From assembly GCA_963749195.1 (NCBI GenBank), contig CAVVLX010000007.1, positions 396,031 to 460,030 on the forward strand: DNA of 64,000 nucleotides, written 5' to 3'. The position numbers and the translations under genes are program-made. Shown piece by piece: positions 49,788 through 58,992 of this stretch. This DNA is from an uncultured Thermoplasmata archaeon. Lineage in GTDB: Archaea; Thermoplasmatota; Thermoplasmata; Lutacidiplasmatales; UBA184. Each line of letters begins with the position of its first letter. The first letter of the stretch is position 1. The notes beneath the pieces were generated by a model. That model saw only the letters and a program-made list of their open reading frames with translations, did not search any database and was not told where the DNA came from.

Positions 49788-51122
49788 CTACCGAGGCGGG
49801 TTCGGAACCTGGAGGTCCGCTCGGGTGAACACGCGGATCTGCTCGGGGATCTTCCCCACGGCCCCCAATCGGCTCGCGACGACGGTTCCGATACCCTTCT
49901 CTTGGGCGACGTCCAGCAGCCGCTGGCTGATCACGCCATCGAAGATCACGGTCTTTGCCGGCGTGGTCAAGGCTCCGAGCGTGTCGATCATTTCCTTGAC
50001 CGACGCTTCCGATACGACCGCGTCTCCATCGCCTAACACGAGAAAGCGGGAGGCGTGCTCCACCCCATCGAGTAGATCGAAGTAGTGCTTGAGCTCCGGC
50101 GTGAGGGCGGCGGCGGGGGGAGGAGGAGGGGGCGCTCGGGCGACGGGAGCCGGCGGCGGAGGCGCCGGGACGCGTTCCCGCTCGTCTCGGCGCGGTCCCC
50201 CCCGTTCTTCGCGACGATCCGGTCGGTTGCCGCCGGGTGGACCCGCATCGCCCCGCTCGTCCATCGGGGAACGAGTGGAGCCGGTCGAATCGAACCCGGT
50301 CATCTCGAGATATTGATTGATCGGGATCTTGTTTCGAAGGCATTTCAGCAGCTGCTTTTGAGTGAGCTCTTCCACCTCACTTCCGCGGGGGGCACGGGCG
50401 ACGAAGTCAATGTCCATCGTTTGGAGCATTTCGCGAAGGATCAACTCCCCCGCTCGATCCCCATCGGTGAAGACCGTCACTGTTTTTCCGCGCGACAGGT
50501 CCTTGACCGTTTGCGGAACGCTCGTTCCTTCGACGGCGATGACGTTCTTGATTCCGCAGCGAAGCAGATTCAATACGTCGGATCGCCCCTCGACCACGAT
50601 GAGCGCATCCGCCTGATCGATGTTCGGACCCGCGGGGAGATGTTCCGGCCCGTAGGAGGTGATCTCCTCGACCTGGAACGACTTTCGAACGGCCTCGGTT
50701 AAATCGATGCCGACCCCCTTCGATTCCTCCTGCATCTTCGCGAGGATTTCTTTCGCCCGGTCGACGACCTTGGAACGTTTAGAGATCCGAATATCCTCGA
50801 CGGAGATGATCTCAATCTTCGCGCGACACGGCCCGATCCGGTCGACGGTTTCGAGTCCGCTGGCGAGGATCGCGGTCTCGACTTGATCGAGCGAGGAGGG
50901 GATCAGAATCTCCCCTTCGCTCTTTCCTTTGCGCGAATCGATCTCGACTTCGATCCGACCGATCCGGCCGGATTTCTGCAAGTCGCGTAGGTCCAGTTCA
51001 TCGCCGAGAAGTCCTTCGGTCTGTCCAAACACCGCGCCGACGACATCGGGTTTATCGATGACACCTTCGGCGGCGATTCGGGCCTTGATCTGGTATTTTG
51101 CGGCGCTAGGGTCGTTGCTCAT
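49788..51122 (-). CDS. dnaG: archaeal DnaG-type primase (Toprim) with a Pro/Arg-rich low-complexity insert of about 60 aa
   Basis: From ATG 51122 MSNDPSAAKYQIKARIAAEGVIDKPDVVGAVFGQTEGLLG... (archaeal DnaG N-terminus). Toprim ALIVVEGRSDVLNL...VFTDGDRAGE. Insert RSPMDERGDAGPPGGNRPDRREERGGPRRDERERVPAPPPPAPVARAPPPPPPAA. Confidence 0.8.
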   Translation of the reverse strand: MSNDPSAAKYQIKARIAAEGVIDKPDVVGAVFGQTEGLLGDELDLRDLQKSGRIGRIEVEIDSRKGKSEGEILIPSSLDQVETAILASGLETVDRIGPCRAKIEIISVEDIRISKRSKVVDRAKEILAKMQEESKGVGIDLTEAVRKSFQVEEITSYGPEHLPAGPNIDQADALIVVEGRSDVLNLLRCGIKNVIAVEGTSVPQTVKDLSRGKTVTVFTDGDRAGELILREMLQTMDIDFVARAPRGSEVEELTQKQLLKCLRNKIPINQYLEMTGFDSTGSTRSPMDERGDAGPPGGNRPDRREERGGPRRDERERVPAPPPPAPVARAPPPPPPAAALTPELKHYFDLLDGVEHASRFLVLGDGDAVVSEASVKEMIDTLGALTTPAKTVIFDGVISQRLLDVAQEKGIGTVVASRLGAVGKIPEQIRVFTRADLQVPNPPR

Positions 51123-51512
51123 GGTCGGTCTGTTCCTCCGTTTCTGTGGATGACCCGCCATCGCGGGTCGTGTCCCGGGGAACGAACTGAGGACTAGTGC
51201 TCGCGCGTCCGCACAGGATCGCGGAAACTACGACAAGGACCGGCTTGGATCATGAGTCGTGAGTCCGTGAGACGTGCGGGCGCGAGGAGGCCTCCTCGGT
51301 CCGTCTCCGGGGTTCTTTCCAATCCTACAAAGCTAGAGGGGGTACTTAAGAGGGAGGGGCACCCCGGGAACGTTTTCGAAACGAGTCGGCTGGTTACAGC
51401 CCCCGACAGCGAGTCAGCGGCGCAGCCACGTTTACGCAACGTTGAGCGGTTCGGGGAAGAGACATTCCTTCGCCCCCTCAATTCCTTATTGTCCCTTCGG
51501 ACTAGCTCCGCC

Positions 51513-52382
51513 GTGCGTTCCTACTCGTTCGATGCGCTAGCCGACCGTTTCGACGAGACCCGAACGATCGATCCGTCGTCGTTCGATCGATCGGTAGCGT
51601 ATCTCGTCAAGAGAATACCACCGGCTCGATTTCCCCGAATGCTCGAAATCGGCGTGGGAACGGGGCGAATCGCAACGCCCCTCGCCGCGCGCGGCTACCA
51701 GGTAGTCGGAGTCGACATTGCGGTTCGCATGCTGGAGCGAGCCGCCGGGCACCAAAGTCAACGAGCCCCGAATCGGGTCGCACTGCTCTTGGCCGACGCA
51801 ACGAAGCTCCCGTTCCGGTCCGGAACCTTCGACGTGGTCTATTGGGCTCACGTACTCCACTTGATTCCCGAGTGGCGTCGCGCTCTCGACGAAGCCCTCC
51901 GCTGCCTCCGGCCTGGGGGAGTCCTGGTAGGAATGGGCACCGGACGGGGCCGCGAGATCCCCCGGATGTTTCGCCAGTACCAGAGGATCGCACGCGCTCA
52001 TGGGTATTCGCGTCCACGGCTCGGAGCCCGACGTCGGGAGACGGTGTTCCGATTCCCCGCGCGGCGCGGGTGCGCGATACAGACGGTCTCGATCGAATGG
52101 AGGTGGGAAACCCACGTGCCGGTCCAAGAAGCCCTCGACGATATCCAAGCGCGCTCCTACGCCGCCGTTCGGTTCACGCCCGCCCGCGTCCATTCGAAAA
52201 TCATGGTCGAGCTGCGACGCTGGTGTCGGGTTCGCTGGGTCGGAAAAAATCCTACGGTTGCGGTGCCGAGTGCGATCTCGTTCCAACTCGCAGTCCAGAA
52301 GGGACGAACGGATCTTCGGCGAAAATCGCCCCGTTCAATCGCTGACGAACGGCAGAAGGTTCCACGAACTCAAAAGTCTTAA
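51513..52382 (+). CDS. class I SAM-dependent methyltransferase
   Basis: Motif I MLEIGVGTGRIATPLA, post-I VVGVDIA. Probable GTG start at 51513. The upstream 87 codons of the track ORF are R/S-rich. Confidence 0.65.
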   Translation: MRSYSFDALADRFDETRTIDPSSFDRSVAYLVKRIPPARFPRMLEIGVGTGRIATPLAARGYQVVGVDIAVRMLERAAGHQSQRAPNRVALLLADATKLPFRSGTFDVVYWAHVLHLIPEWRRALDEALRCLRPGGVLVGMGTGRGREIPRMFRQYQRIARAHGYSRPRLGARRRETVFRFPARRGCAIQTVSIEWRWETHVPVQEALDDIQARSYAAVRFTPARVHSKIMVELRRWCRVRWVGKNPTVAVPSAISFQLAVQKGRTDLRRKSPRSIADERQKVPRTQKS

Positions 52383-52421
52383 TAGCGGACCCCACTACGC
52401 CGCATCGGAGTCAATTATTCC

Positions 52422-53093
52422 ATGGCCCGTCGTGCAACGGCGAAACCGGTTCCGTCACCCACTCCCGAAGCGAACCCGCCTGCGCCGATGCCGGAAGATG
52501 ATTTCGTCTTGTCTCTCAAGCACGAACTGGCCCGTACCCAAGAGGAGGCGGGCGCGAAAGGAACCGAGGATTTCTCTCACCGTGCGGAGCTGAACCGCCG
52601 GATCCTTCAGGACCTTTGGGAGATCCACAATCAATTCGAAGAGATTTCGGTCCACGTTACGATCGAGCCATCCCAGACCCTGTTCGCCACCTTCGTCGAA
52701 TACCCATCGAAGTGGGCGTTCAAGGAGAATTTCGACTTTGGCGCGGTCAAGACGATCGAGTTGGCTGATCGCGAACATGGGTGGGGAGGCTTTGCCCTGC
52801 GGATCTGGTACTACCGGGCGTCGGACGGAAAGGGCCGTCTCCGCGGGATCTTCGAATGGACCGAGGGCGAGAGCTACCATCGCTATTCGGGGTGGATGCG
52901 AATGATGCGGCAAGCCGTTCTCTACGACGCGGAGGAAGACCGAGTGAGCATCAAAGAGTTCCACCAAGTGCTCCGAGACGTCGTCGTCAAGTGGTACGCG
53001 GCGCATATCGACCGCAAGCCCGAAGAGTTCATCGAACACATTCAAGAGAAGTACCCGAAAGGCGCCTCGTACGCGAAAGAATCGTATCGCTAG
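52422..53093 (+). CDS. hypothetical protein
   Basis: 223-aa ORF with balanced, non-repetitive composition and no motif I can assign. Confidence 0.4.
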   Translation: MARRATAKPVPSPTPEANPPAPMPEDDFVLSLKHELARTQEEAGAKGTEDFSHRAELNRRILQDLWEIHNQFEEISVHVTIEPSQTLFATFVEYPSKWAFKENFDFGAVKTIELADREHGWGGFALRIWYYRASDGKGRLRGIFEWTEGESYHRYSGWMRMMRQAVLYDAEEDRVSIKEFHQVLRDVVVKWYAAHIDRKPEEFIEHIQEKYPKGASYAKESYR

Positions 53094-53262
53094 GCTTCTG
53101 ACGCACTCCGCGACTCCCTCTCACTCTTCCGGGGACCGTTCGTCGCAAGAGTTGAAATAAGTCCCCACTTCTCCCCGCTCCCGCCACGTCTTCCTCGACA
53201 CCGATTGACAGCGGGCCGCGGTGTCACGGGTCGATCCGGGCAACGTAATCGGAGAGGGACAT

Positions 53263-54777
53263 ATGTCCGGAGAGCTCCGCGAACATTTGGTCGCTTACTT
53301 CGAGGATCATCACAAGATCCTCGAAACGGGGGCGCTCCAACTACTCCTCGATGATACGCAACCCCTCGCGTTATCTCGCCAGCTGCTTGAACTCGCGAAG
53401 CCCGAAGCCCTGCTCGTCACCCGCGAGATGGTCGAAGGGGCTCTCGCACGAAGGAACCGAGTGTCACCGTCTCCCCGGGCGCCGGAGCCGGGAGGGGATC
53501 GGACCGCGGCCCCGATCGCGGCCCCGGCTCCGCCGTTCGACCTGATCTGCGAAGGGTACACAGAATCCACCCTGAATCCCGGACCACTCGAAGCCTATGG
53601 GGCGCTCTTCAACTCGCGTTTTCAGCAATTGTCCCGCTTGCTCCGAGGCAGGTCGGATCTACCGAACCTTCGACCGATCAAGGAGCTGCGACCGGTCGAA
53701 GGACGCGCGTCGATTATCGCCATGATCCGGGACGTCCGTTTGACAGCGGAAAAGCATCACGTCATTCTCCAGGTCGAAGACGAATCGGGCGCGATCGACC
53801 TTCTCGTCCCGAGAGATTCTCTGGTGTCGCGAACGACGTTCTTGCCGGACGAGATCATCGGGGCGCATCTCCAACTGCCTCGCGAGCGAGGGAGACTCCC
53901 CCGGGTGCTCTCGGTGGAGCGGCCCGACGTCTCCCTCGGTCGTAAAGTCGGGCGAGCGACCGTTCCGAGCCGCGTACTCTTCTTGTCCGATCTCCACATT
54001 GGGAGCCGATCATTTCTGGGAGAATCCTGGGCGCAACTGGCATCGTTTCTCCACGGACGCGGCCCCGAACCCGAGCTCGCCCAATCGATCGAACACGTCG
54101 TCGTCGCGGGGGATCTGGTGGACGGGATCGGTATCTATCCAAAGCAGGAACGCGACCTCGCGATCGCGGACGTCTACGAGCAGTATGTGGAGCTCGGGCG
54201 TCGGTTGCGAGAGTTACCGGGACGTCTGAATATCGTGGTCGTTCCGGGTAACCACGATGCGGTCTGTCCGGCCGAGCCGCAGCCCGCTCTTCCTCCCACC
54301 GTTCGGGCTCACCTCCCGACGAACGTGCGCCCGTTGGCTAATCCGTCGACGTTCGCGTTGAACGGGGTGGTCGTCGAGGCCTACCATGGCCGTAGCTTCG
54401 ATGACCTGATTCCCGCCCTCCCCGGAGCGAGCTACGCCCGGCCGACGGAGGTAATGAAGCGGATGCTCGCGATGCGTCACCTGGCCCCGATTTATGGGGG
54501 TCGAACCCCGTTGGCGCCGTACTCGCGGGACGGTCTCGTCATCGATCCCACCCCGGACATCCTCGTGACGGGTCATGCCCACACTTACGGAGTCGATCAG
54601 TATCGCGGGGTTCTCCTGCTGAACGCCTCCACCTGGCAGGCCGAAACGGAATACCAACGGATGCGGAACATCTCCCCGGTTCCGGCTCGCGCCGCGGTCG
54701 TCGATCTGACTTCCATCCGACTGACCACGCTCGACTTCTCCGGAAGTTCCCCCGTCGTGGGAGGAGCCGTCGGGTGA
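53263..54777 (+). CDS. polD1: DNA polymerase II (PolD) small subunit DP1 (calcineurin-like phosphoesterase / exonuclease)
   Basis: PolD-specific phosphoesterase motifs LFLSDLHIGS, VVVAGDLVDGIG, VVVPGNHD, GHAHT, and an OB-fold-like middle region. Start at ATG 53263 (MSGELREHLV). Confidence 0.85.
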   Translation: MSGELREHLVAYFEDHHKILETGALQLLLDDTQPLALSRQLLELAKPEALLVTREMVEGALARRNRVSPSPRAPEPGGDRTAAPIAAPAPPFDLICEGYTESTLNPGPLEAYGALFNSRFQQLSRLLRGRSDLPNLRPIKELRPVEGRASIIAMIRDVRLTAEKHHVILQVEDESGAIDLLVPRDSLVSRTTFLPDEIIGAHLQLPRERGRLPRVLSVERPDVSLGRKVGRATVPSRVLFLSDLHIGSRSFLGESWAQLASFLHGRGPEPELAQSIEHVVVAGDLVDGIGIYPKQERDLAIADVYEQYVELGRRLRELPGRLNIVVVPGNHDAVCPAEPQPALPPTVRAHLPTNVRPLANPSTFALNGVVVEAYHGRSFDDLIPALPGASYARPTEVMKRMLAMRHLAPIYGGRTPLAPYSRDGLVIDPTPDILVTGHAHTYGVDQYRGVLLLNASTWQAETEYQRMRNISPVPARAAVVDLTSIRLTTLDFSGSSPVVGGAVG

Positions 54778-55256
54778 CTCCGTACCCGCTCGATCCGGTC
54801 GAGGCGACCGGCCCGATGCGGCTCGTGGTGACGACTTTCCCCAGCCCGGAAGTCGCGGAGTCGCGGATCCACGAAGTACTCGACCGTCGTCTCGCCGCGT
54901 GTGCGAATCGCTGGCCGATCATCTCCCAGTACTGGTGGAAGAACGCTCGGGAAACGACGCCGGAAGTGATCGTGGTGTTCAAAACCGTCCCGAAACGCGT
55001 CGGGGGATTGTTCCGGTTTCTCAAGGAAACCCATCCGTATCAGGTTCCTGAAATCATCGAGCTGGACGTTCCCCGGGTGGAACCGGCCTATCTCAGCTAT
55101 CTGGTGGCGACTCTCGATTCCTCGTCCACCCCGACTTCGCCCGGGGGAAGATCGCCTACGCATCGGGCAAGACCGACAAACCCGGCAGGTCGCCGCCCCG
55201 CACGAATTCGAGTGCCGCACCGCCGCCGGTGGAAACGTACTGGAAGACGTTCGTGA
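54774..55256 (+). CDS. cutA: CutA1 divalent-cation tolerance protein with an anomalous 50-aa Arg/Pro-rich tail that overlaps the 3' end of pgk
   Basis: MRLVVTTFPSPEVAE...LAACANRWPIISQYWWK...HPYQVPEIIELDV...YLSYL matches CutA. The tail (TPTSPGGRSPTHRARPTNPAGRRPARIRV...) is not CutA-like. Confidence 0.5.
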   Translation: MTPYPLDPVEATGPMRLVVTTFPSPEVAESRIHEVLDRRLAACANRWPIISQYWWKNARETTPEVIVVFKTVPKRVGGLFRFLKETHPYQVPEIIELDVPRVEPAYLSYLVATLDSSSTPTSPGGRSPTHRARPTNPAGRRPARIRVPHRRRWKRTGRRS

Positions 55257-56337
55257 CCCCGAGGTCTTGCGCGATTCGAGCGGAGTCGCCACCGGCGCAG
55301 ACATGATAGCCGGGCCCGCCGGCGAGCGCCGAGAGCACCTCGCGAGTTCCGGCGGCAAACCGAGGGTCTTCCGCCATCCCGAGGGGGCCGTTCCAAAAGA
55401 CGAGCTGGGCCGACGTCAGCGCCTCCGCGAACTGGCGCCGCGTGGCCGGGCCGATGTCCCGGACAATACCGTCCCGAGGGATCGCCGCGACGGGCCCGGT
55501 GACCGGGGTCCGGGGACTGGGAAGTTCGGCGACGGCATCTTGGGGAAAAATCACCTGGGTCCCACTTTTCCGGGCGCTCTCGAGGAACTCCAAGGTAGCG
55601 CGCTCGAGGCCGGTCTCTGCTACCGTGGCTCCGAGCTTTGCGCCCAGGGCCTTCTGGAAGGGGAACGCGAGCGCCCCCCCGATCAGCAAGGTATCGGCTC
55701 GTCCAAGAAAACTGGTGAGGAGGGGGAGCTTGTCGGCGACCTTCGCGCCGCCCACGAGCACCACGTACGGATGGGCCGGCGCGTGGACGAATCGAGATAA
55801 CTCGCGAACCTCGCGCTCGACCAAGATCCCCGCGAACGACGGGAGGTGCTGCGGGACGCCGACGGTCGAGGCGTGGGATCGATGCAAGGTGCCGAACGCC
55901 TCTTCCACGAACAGCTCGCCAAGCTGCGCCAGTTGAGCCGCAAACGCGGGGTCGTTCGCCTCCTCGCCGGCGTGAAACCGAAGATTCTCGAGCATCAGGA
56001 ATTCCCCGTTCTTGAGCCGGGTCGCCATCTCGAGGCTTCGCATTCCCACCGCATCCTCGGTCATCGAGACCGGCTGCCCGAGGATCGAGGAGAGGCGGTG
56101 AACGACGGGTCTCAAGGAGTAGCGCATGTCCCGATGCCCGCCCGGCCGGCCGAGGTGCGTCATGAGGATCGTTCGAGCGCCGGCGGCGCGCAGATGGTTC
56201 AGGGTCGGCAACGCTTCTCGAATTCGGTGGTCGTCGGCGACCTGCCCGGTTGAGTCTTGCGGAACGTTGAAATCCACTCGAACGAGGACTCGGCGACCGC
56301 GCACGGGCGCGCTTTGAACTCCGCGTTTCTCGGTCAT
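55156..56337 (-). CDS. pgk: phosphoglycerate kinase
   Basis: VLVRVDFNVP, GAKVADK, and a C-terminal hinge/ATP-binding region. Confidence 0.9.
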   Translation of the reverse strand: MTEKRGVQSAPVRGRRVLVRVDFNVPQDSTGQVADDHRIREALPTLNHLRAAGARTILMTHLGRPGGHRDMRYSLRPVVHRLSSILGQPVSMTEDAVGMRSLEMATRLKNGEFLMLENLRFHAGEEANDPAFAAQLAQLGELFVEEAFGTLHRSHASTVGVPQHLPSFAGILVEREVRELSRFVHAPAHPYVVLVGGAKVADKLPLLTSFLGRADTLLIGGALAFPFQKALGAKLGATVAETGLERATLEFLESARKSGTQVIFPQDAVAELPSPRTPVTGPVAAIPRDGIVRDIGPATRRQFAEALTSAQLVFWNGPLGMAEDPRFAAGTREVLSALAGGPGYHVCAGGDSARIAQDLGVTNVFQYVSTGGGAALEFVRGGDLPGLSVLPDA

Positions 56338-56449
56338 TCACCCTCGCGAGGGGTCTCAACCTATGAGGATTGTGAGGCCGCAACGGAACCTATACCTTCT
56401 GTAACGCCACGAAATAACAGAGTGCTGCTCCCACGACCCATCGGTCGAA

Positions 56450-57397
56450 TCAATGGGTCGAAGGAGTCGACGTACCTCGAGCTTTTTCGTGGATGAGCGC
56501 GATCATCCGCTCGGTCGCCGGCAGGTTCACCCCGTGGCGCAAGGCTTCTCTCAGGATGGCCCCGGAAATCGCATCAATCTCGGTGGGCCGACCGAGTGCG
56601 AGGTCTTGCACCATGCTGGATCGGTTCGAGGCGGTCGCTCGCAATATCCGATCGAGATCTTGATCGACTTCGGAATCCCCGAAATCAAAGCCCGCGAAAT
56701 GCGCCGCGTGCTGGGCTTCTCGAAGTAACGTGCGGGCCTCGCTGGCCCAGGGTTCCCTCAAGAGCTCGCCGTTGAGCAATCCGTGAGCCGCCGTGACGGG
56801 ATTGATCGCCGCATTGATCAGCGCTTTTCGCCACACTTCGCGTTCGATCGAGTCGACCAATCGAACCGAAATCCCGGCGCCGTCGAGGAGTCGATGGAAA
56901 AGTGTCGAGTGAACGGACCCTCCTCCCCCCGAAGGATCGGGCAGCAGGATCTCGCCCCTTCCCGCGTGGCGTACCCGGCCGGGCGCGACGAGGGCAGCAG
57001 GGATCGAATTGACCGCCCGGACCAGCCACAGTTCGGGCGTTTTCCACCCGTTGGTACGCAGGGCGTCGGCCACGATCGGCTCGATCCCGAGGCCGTTCTG
57101 GACCGCCAAAATGGGAACGGGAACGGCGATCCCTCGACCGATCATCTTGCTGGCGGTCGCCAAATCGAACGTCTTTACGGTCAATAGTACCGCGTCGGCT
57201 CCCGTGCCGGGCGAAATGGTTGTCATGACGAACGGTCGAAGCGAGGCCTCGGTTTTCCCTTCGATCCGGAGTCCGTCCTGACGGATTGCCTCCGCCTGGC
57301 GTCCTCGGGCTACGAACTGGACCTCTTGACCCGACCGGAGCAAGGCCGCCCCCAAGAGCGATCCGATGGCCCCGGCCCCGACCACGAGGAGTCGCAC
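56450..57397 (-). CDS. panE: 2-dehydropantoate 2-reductase (ketopantoate reductase, ApbA/PanE family)
   Basis: MRLLVVGAGAIGSLLGAAL N-terminal Rossmann fold. C-terminal ApbA_C-like region with the conserved substrate-binding Lys/Glu context. Confidence 0.75.
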   Translation of the reverse strand: MRLLVVGAGAIGSLLGAALLRSGQEVQFVARGRQAEAIRQDGLRIEGKTEASLRPFVMTTISPGTGADAVLLTVKTFDLATASKMIGRGIAVPVPILAVQNGLGIEPIVADALRTNGWKTPELWLVRAVNSIPAALVAPGRVRHAGRGEILLPDPSGGGGSVHSTLFHRLLDGAGISVRLVDSIEREVWRKALINAAINPVTAAHGLLNGELLREPWASEARTLLREAQHAAHFAGFDFGDSEVDQDLDRILRATASNRSSMVQDLALGRPTEIDAISGAILREALRHGVNLPATERMIALIHEKARGTSTPSTH

Positions 57398-57407
57398 CGG
57401 CGACGCC

Positions 57408-57879
57408 TCAGCTCAGCTTGCGGACGAGGTCCTCAAGGGGAGGAGTCTTTCCCCAATCTCGGCGGAGGAGGGTGAGCAGTCCTTCATAGTAGCGAACCTG
57501 CTCCCGCGCTTGGCGCACCTGCAGCGCGAGGTACTCCTCGTCCCGTCGGAGACGGCCGACTTCCGCTTCGAGCTGACGCTCGGCTACGGAGAGGGAGGCC
57601 TCCCTATCGCCCAGCGTACTGGAAGTTCCTCGTCGCATTCGACCGCTCCCCCCCCGTGATGGTCGTCCCGTAGCGCAATATGACGTCGGAAACCTGGGCG
57701 AGTCGAGCCAGATCCTTTCGAATCCGGCGTAGCTGGCGCTCGAGCTTTCGCCGTCGGGCACGGACTTCGGATAGGGAACCCAGCAGGAGCTCCATCCGAT
57801 GTCGCCACTTTTCGCGCTCCTGCACGCTCAGAAGCACCGTATCGACGTCCATTGTGGGGGCAAGAGCCGACCGGCGCAT
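57408..57879 (-). CDS. coiled-coil protein of unknown function, split into two overlapping ORFs by an apparent +1-nt error in an 8-C run (57648..57655)
   Basis: The N-terminal frame (from 57879, track ORF 57604..57879) reads ...VQEREKWRHRMELLLGSLSEVRARRRKLERQLRRIRKDLARLAQVSDVILRYGTTITGG. The C-terminal frame (57408..) reads GSGRMRRGTSSTLGDREASLSVAERQLEAEVGRLRRDEEYLALQVRQAREQVRYYEGLL.... Seven Cs instead of eight would fuse them into one protein of about 155 aa. Confidence 0.4.
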
Positions 57880-57997
57880 CCCCGAATGAATCTTTCGCCT
57901 CGCGCCTCGGACCTATGGGCGGGGGCTCCCCCGGGGGAGGGGCAGGGCTGAGGTTTAAGGCCAGGCGGATTCCTGTTATTCGCACGGAGGCGCGCAG

Positions 57998-58945
57998 ATG
58001 GCACAACTATCCAAAATCGTCGTTCTCGGCGCGGGAAATGTCGGCGGAACTCTGGCCCAACGGCTCGCCGAGGCCGACCTCGCCAAACAGGTCGTTCTTA
58101 TCGATATCATTGAAGGCTTGCCGCAGGGGAAGGCCCTGGATATCCAGGAGTCGGCCCCGATCCTCGGTTTTTCTACGGAAATCACGGGGACCACCTCGCT
58201 GGACGGGCTCCAGGGGGCCGAGGTAGTGGTCGAAACCGCCGGGCTCGCTCGCAAGCCGGGGATGAGCCGATCGGAGCTGCTCGAAAAGAACGCCAGTATC
58301 CTTCGAGGGCATGCCATCGCGGTGAAGGAGAAGGCTCCCCAGGCGATCGTGCAAGTGGTGACGAACCCCGTCGACGTCATGACCTACTGGTTCCGGGAAA
58401 TCTGCGGATTCCCGGGCGCGCGAGTCTTTGGAGAGTCGGGGACCCTGGACACCGCTCGCTTCCGGACGTTTGTGGCGCAAGAGCTGCATGTCGCACCGCG
58501 AGATGTGGTCGGATTCGTGTTGGGGACCCATGGAGATACTATGGTTCCGATTCTGTCTCGAATGAGCGTTTCCGGAGTCCCCCTCTCACGCCTGCTCAGT
58601 CCGCCGCAGTTAGATTCGATCGTGGAACGGACCAAGAAAGGTGGTGGGGAGATCGTGGACCTGCTCAAGACCGGGAGTGCCTACTATGCGCCGTCCGCTT
58701 CCCAAGCCGAGATCGTGCGGGCGATCGCCCACGATGAGCACCGACTCCTGGGGGTCACGGCCTATCTCGATGGGCCATTCGACCTGCACGATATCTACAT
58801 CGGAGTGCCCGCCGTCATTGGTCGTTCCGGAGTGGAACGCGTGGTCGAGGTCGACCTAAATCTCTCCGAACAGACCGCGTTTCAACAGAGCGTCAACGCG
58901 ATCCGCGCGGACCTCGCCCTCCTGGCCCAGTTCCCGCACAGCTAG
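57998..58945 (+). CDS. mdh: malate dehydrogenase (LDH-like MDH)
   Basis: KIVVLGAGNVGGTLA; catalytic GTHGD...; 315 aa. Confidence 0.9.
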   Translation: MAQLSKIVVLGAGNVGGTLAQRLAEADLAKQVVLIDIIEGLPQGKALDIQESAPILGFSTEITGTTSLDGLQGAEVVVETAGLARKPGMSRSELLEKNASILRGHAIAVKEKAPQAIVQVVTNPVDVMTYWFREICGFPGARVFGESGTLDTARFRTFVAQELHVAPRDVVGFVLGTHGDTMVPILSRMSVSGVPLSRLLSPPQLDSIVERTKKGGGEIVDLLKTGSAYYAPSASQAEIVRAIAHDEHRLLGVTAYLDGPFDLHDIYIGVPAVIGRSGVERVVEVDLNLSEQTAFQQSVNAIRADLALLAQFPHS

Positions 58946-58992
58946 GGGTAGCCTTCCAGAACGGCCCCAGAACCGTACCGGAGTTTCCGCCC

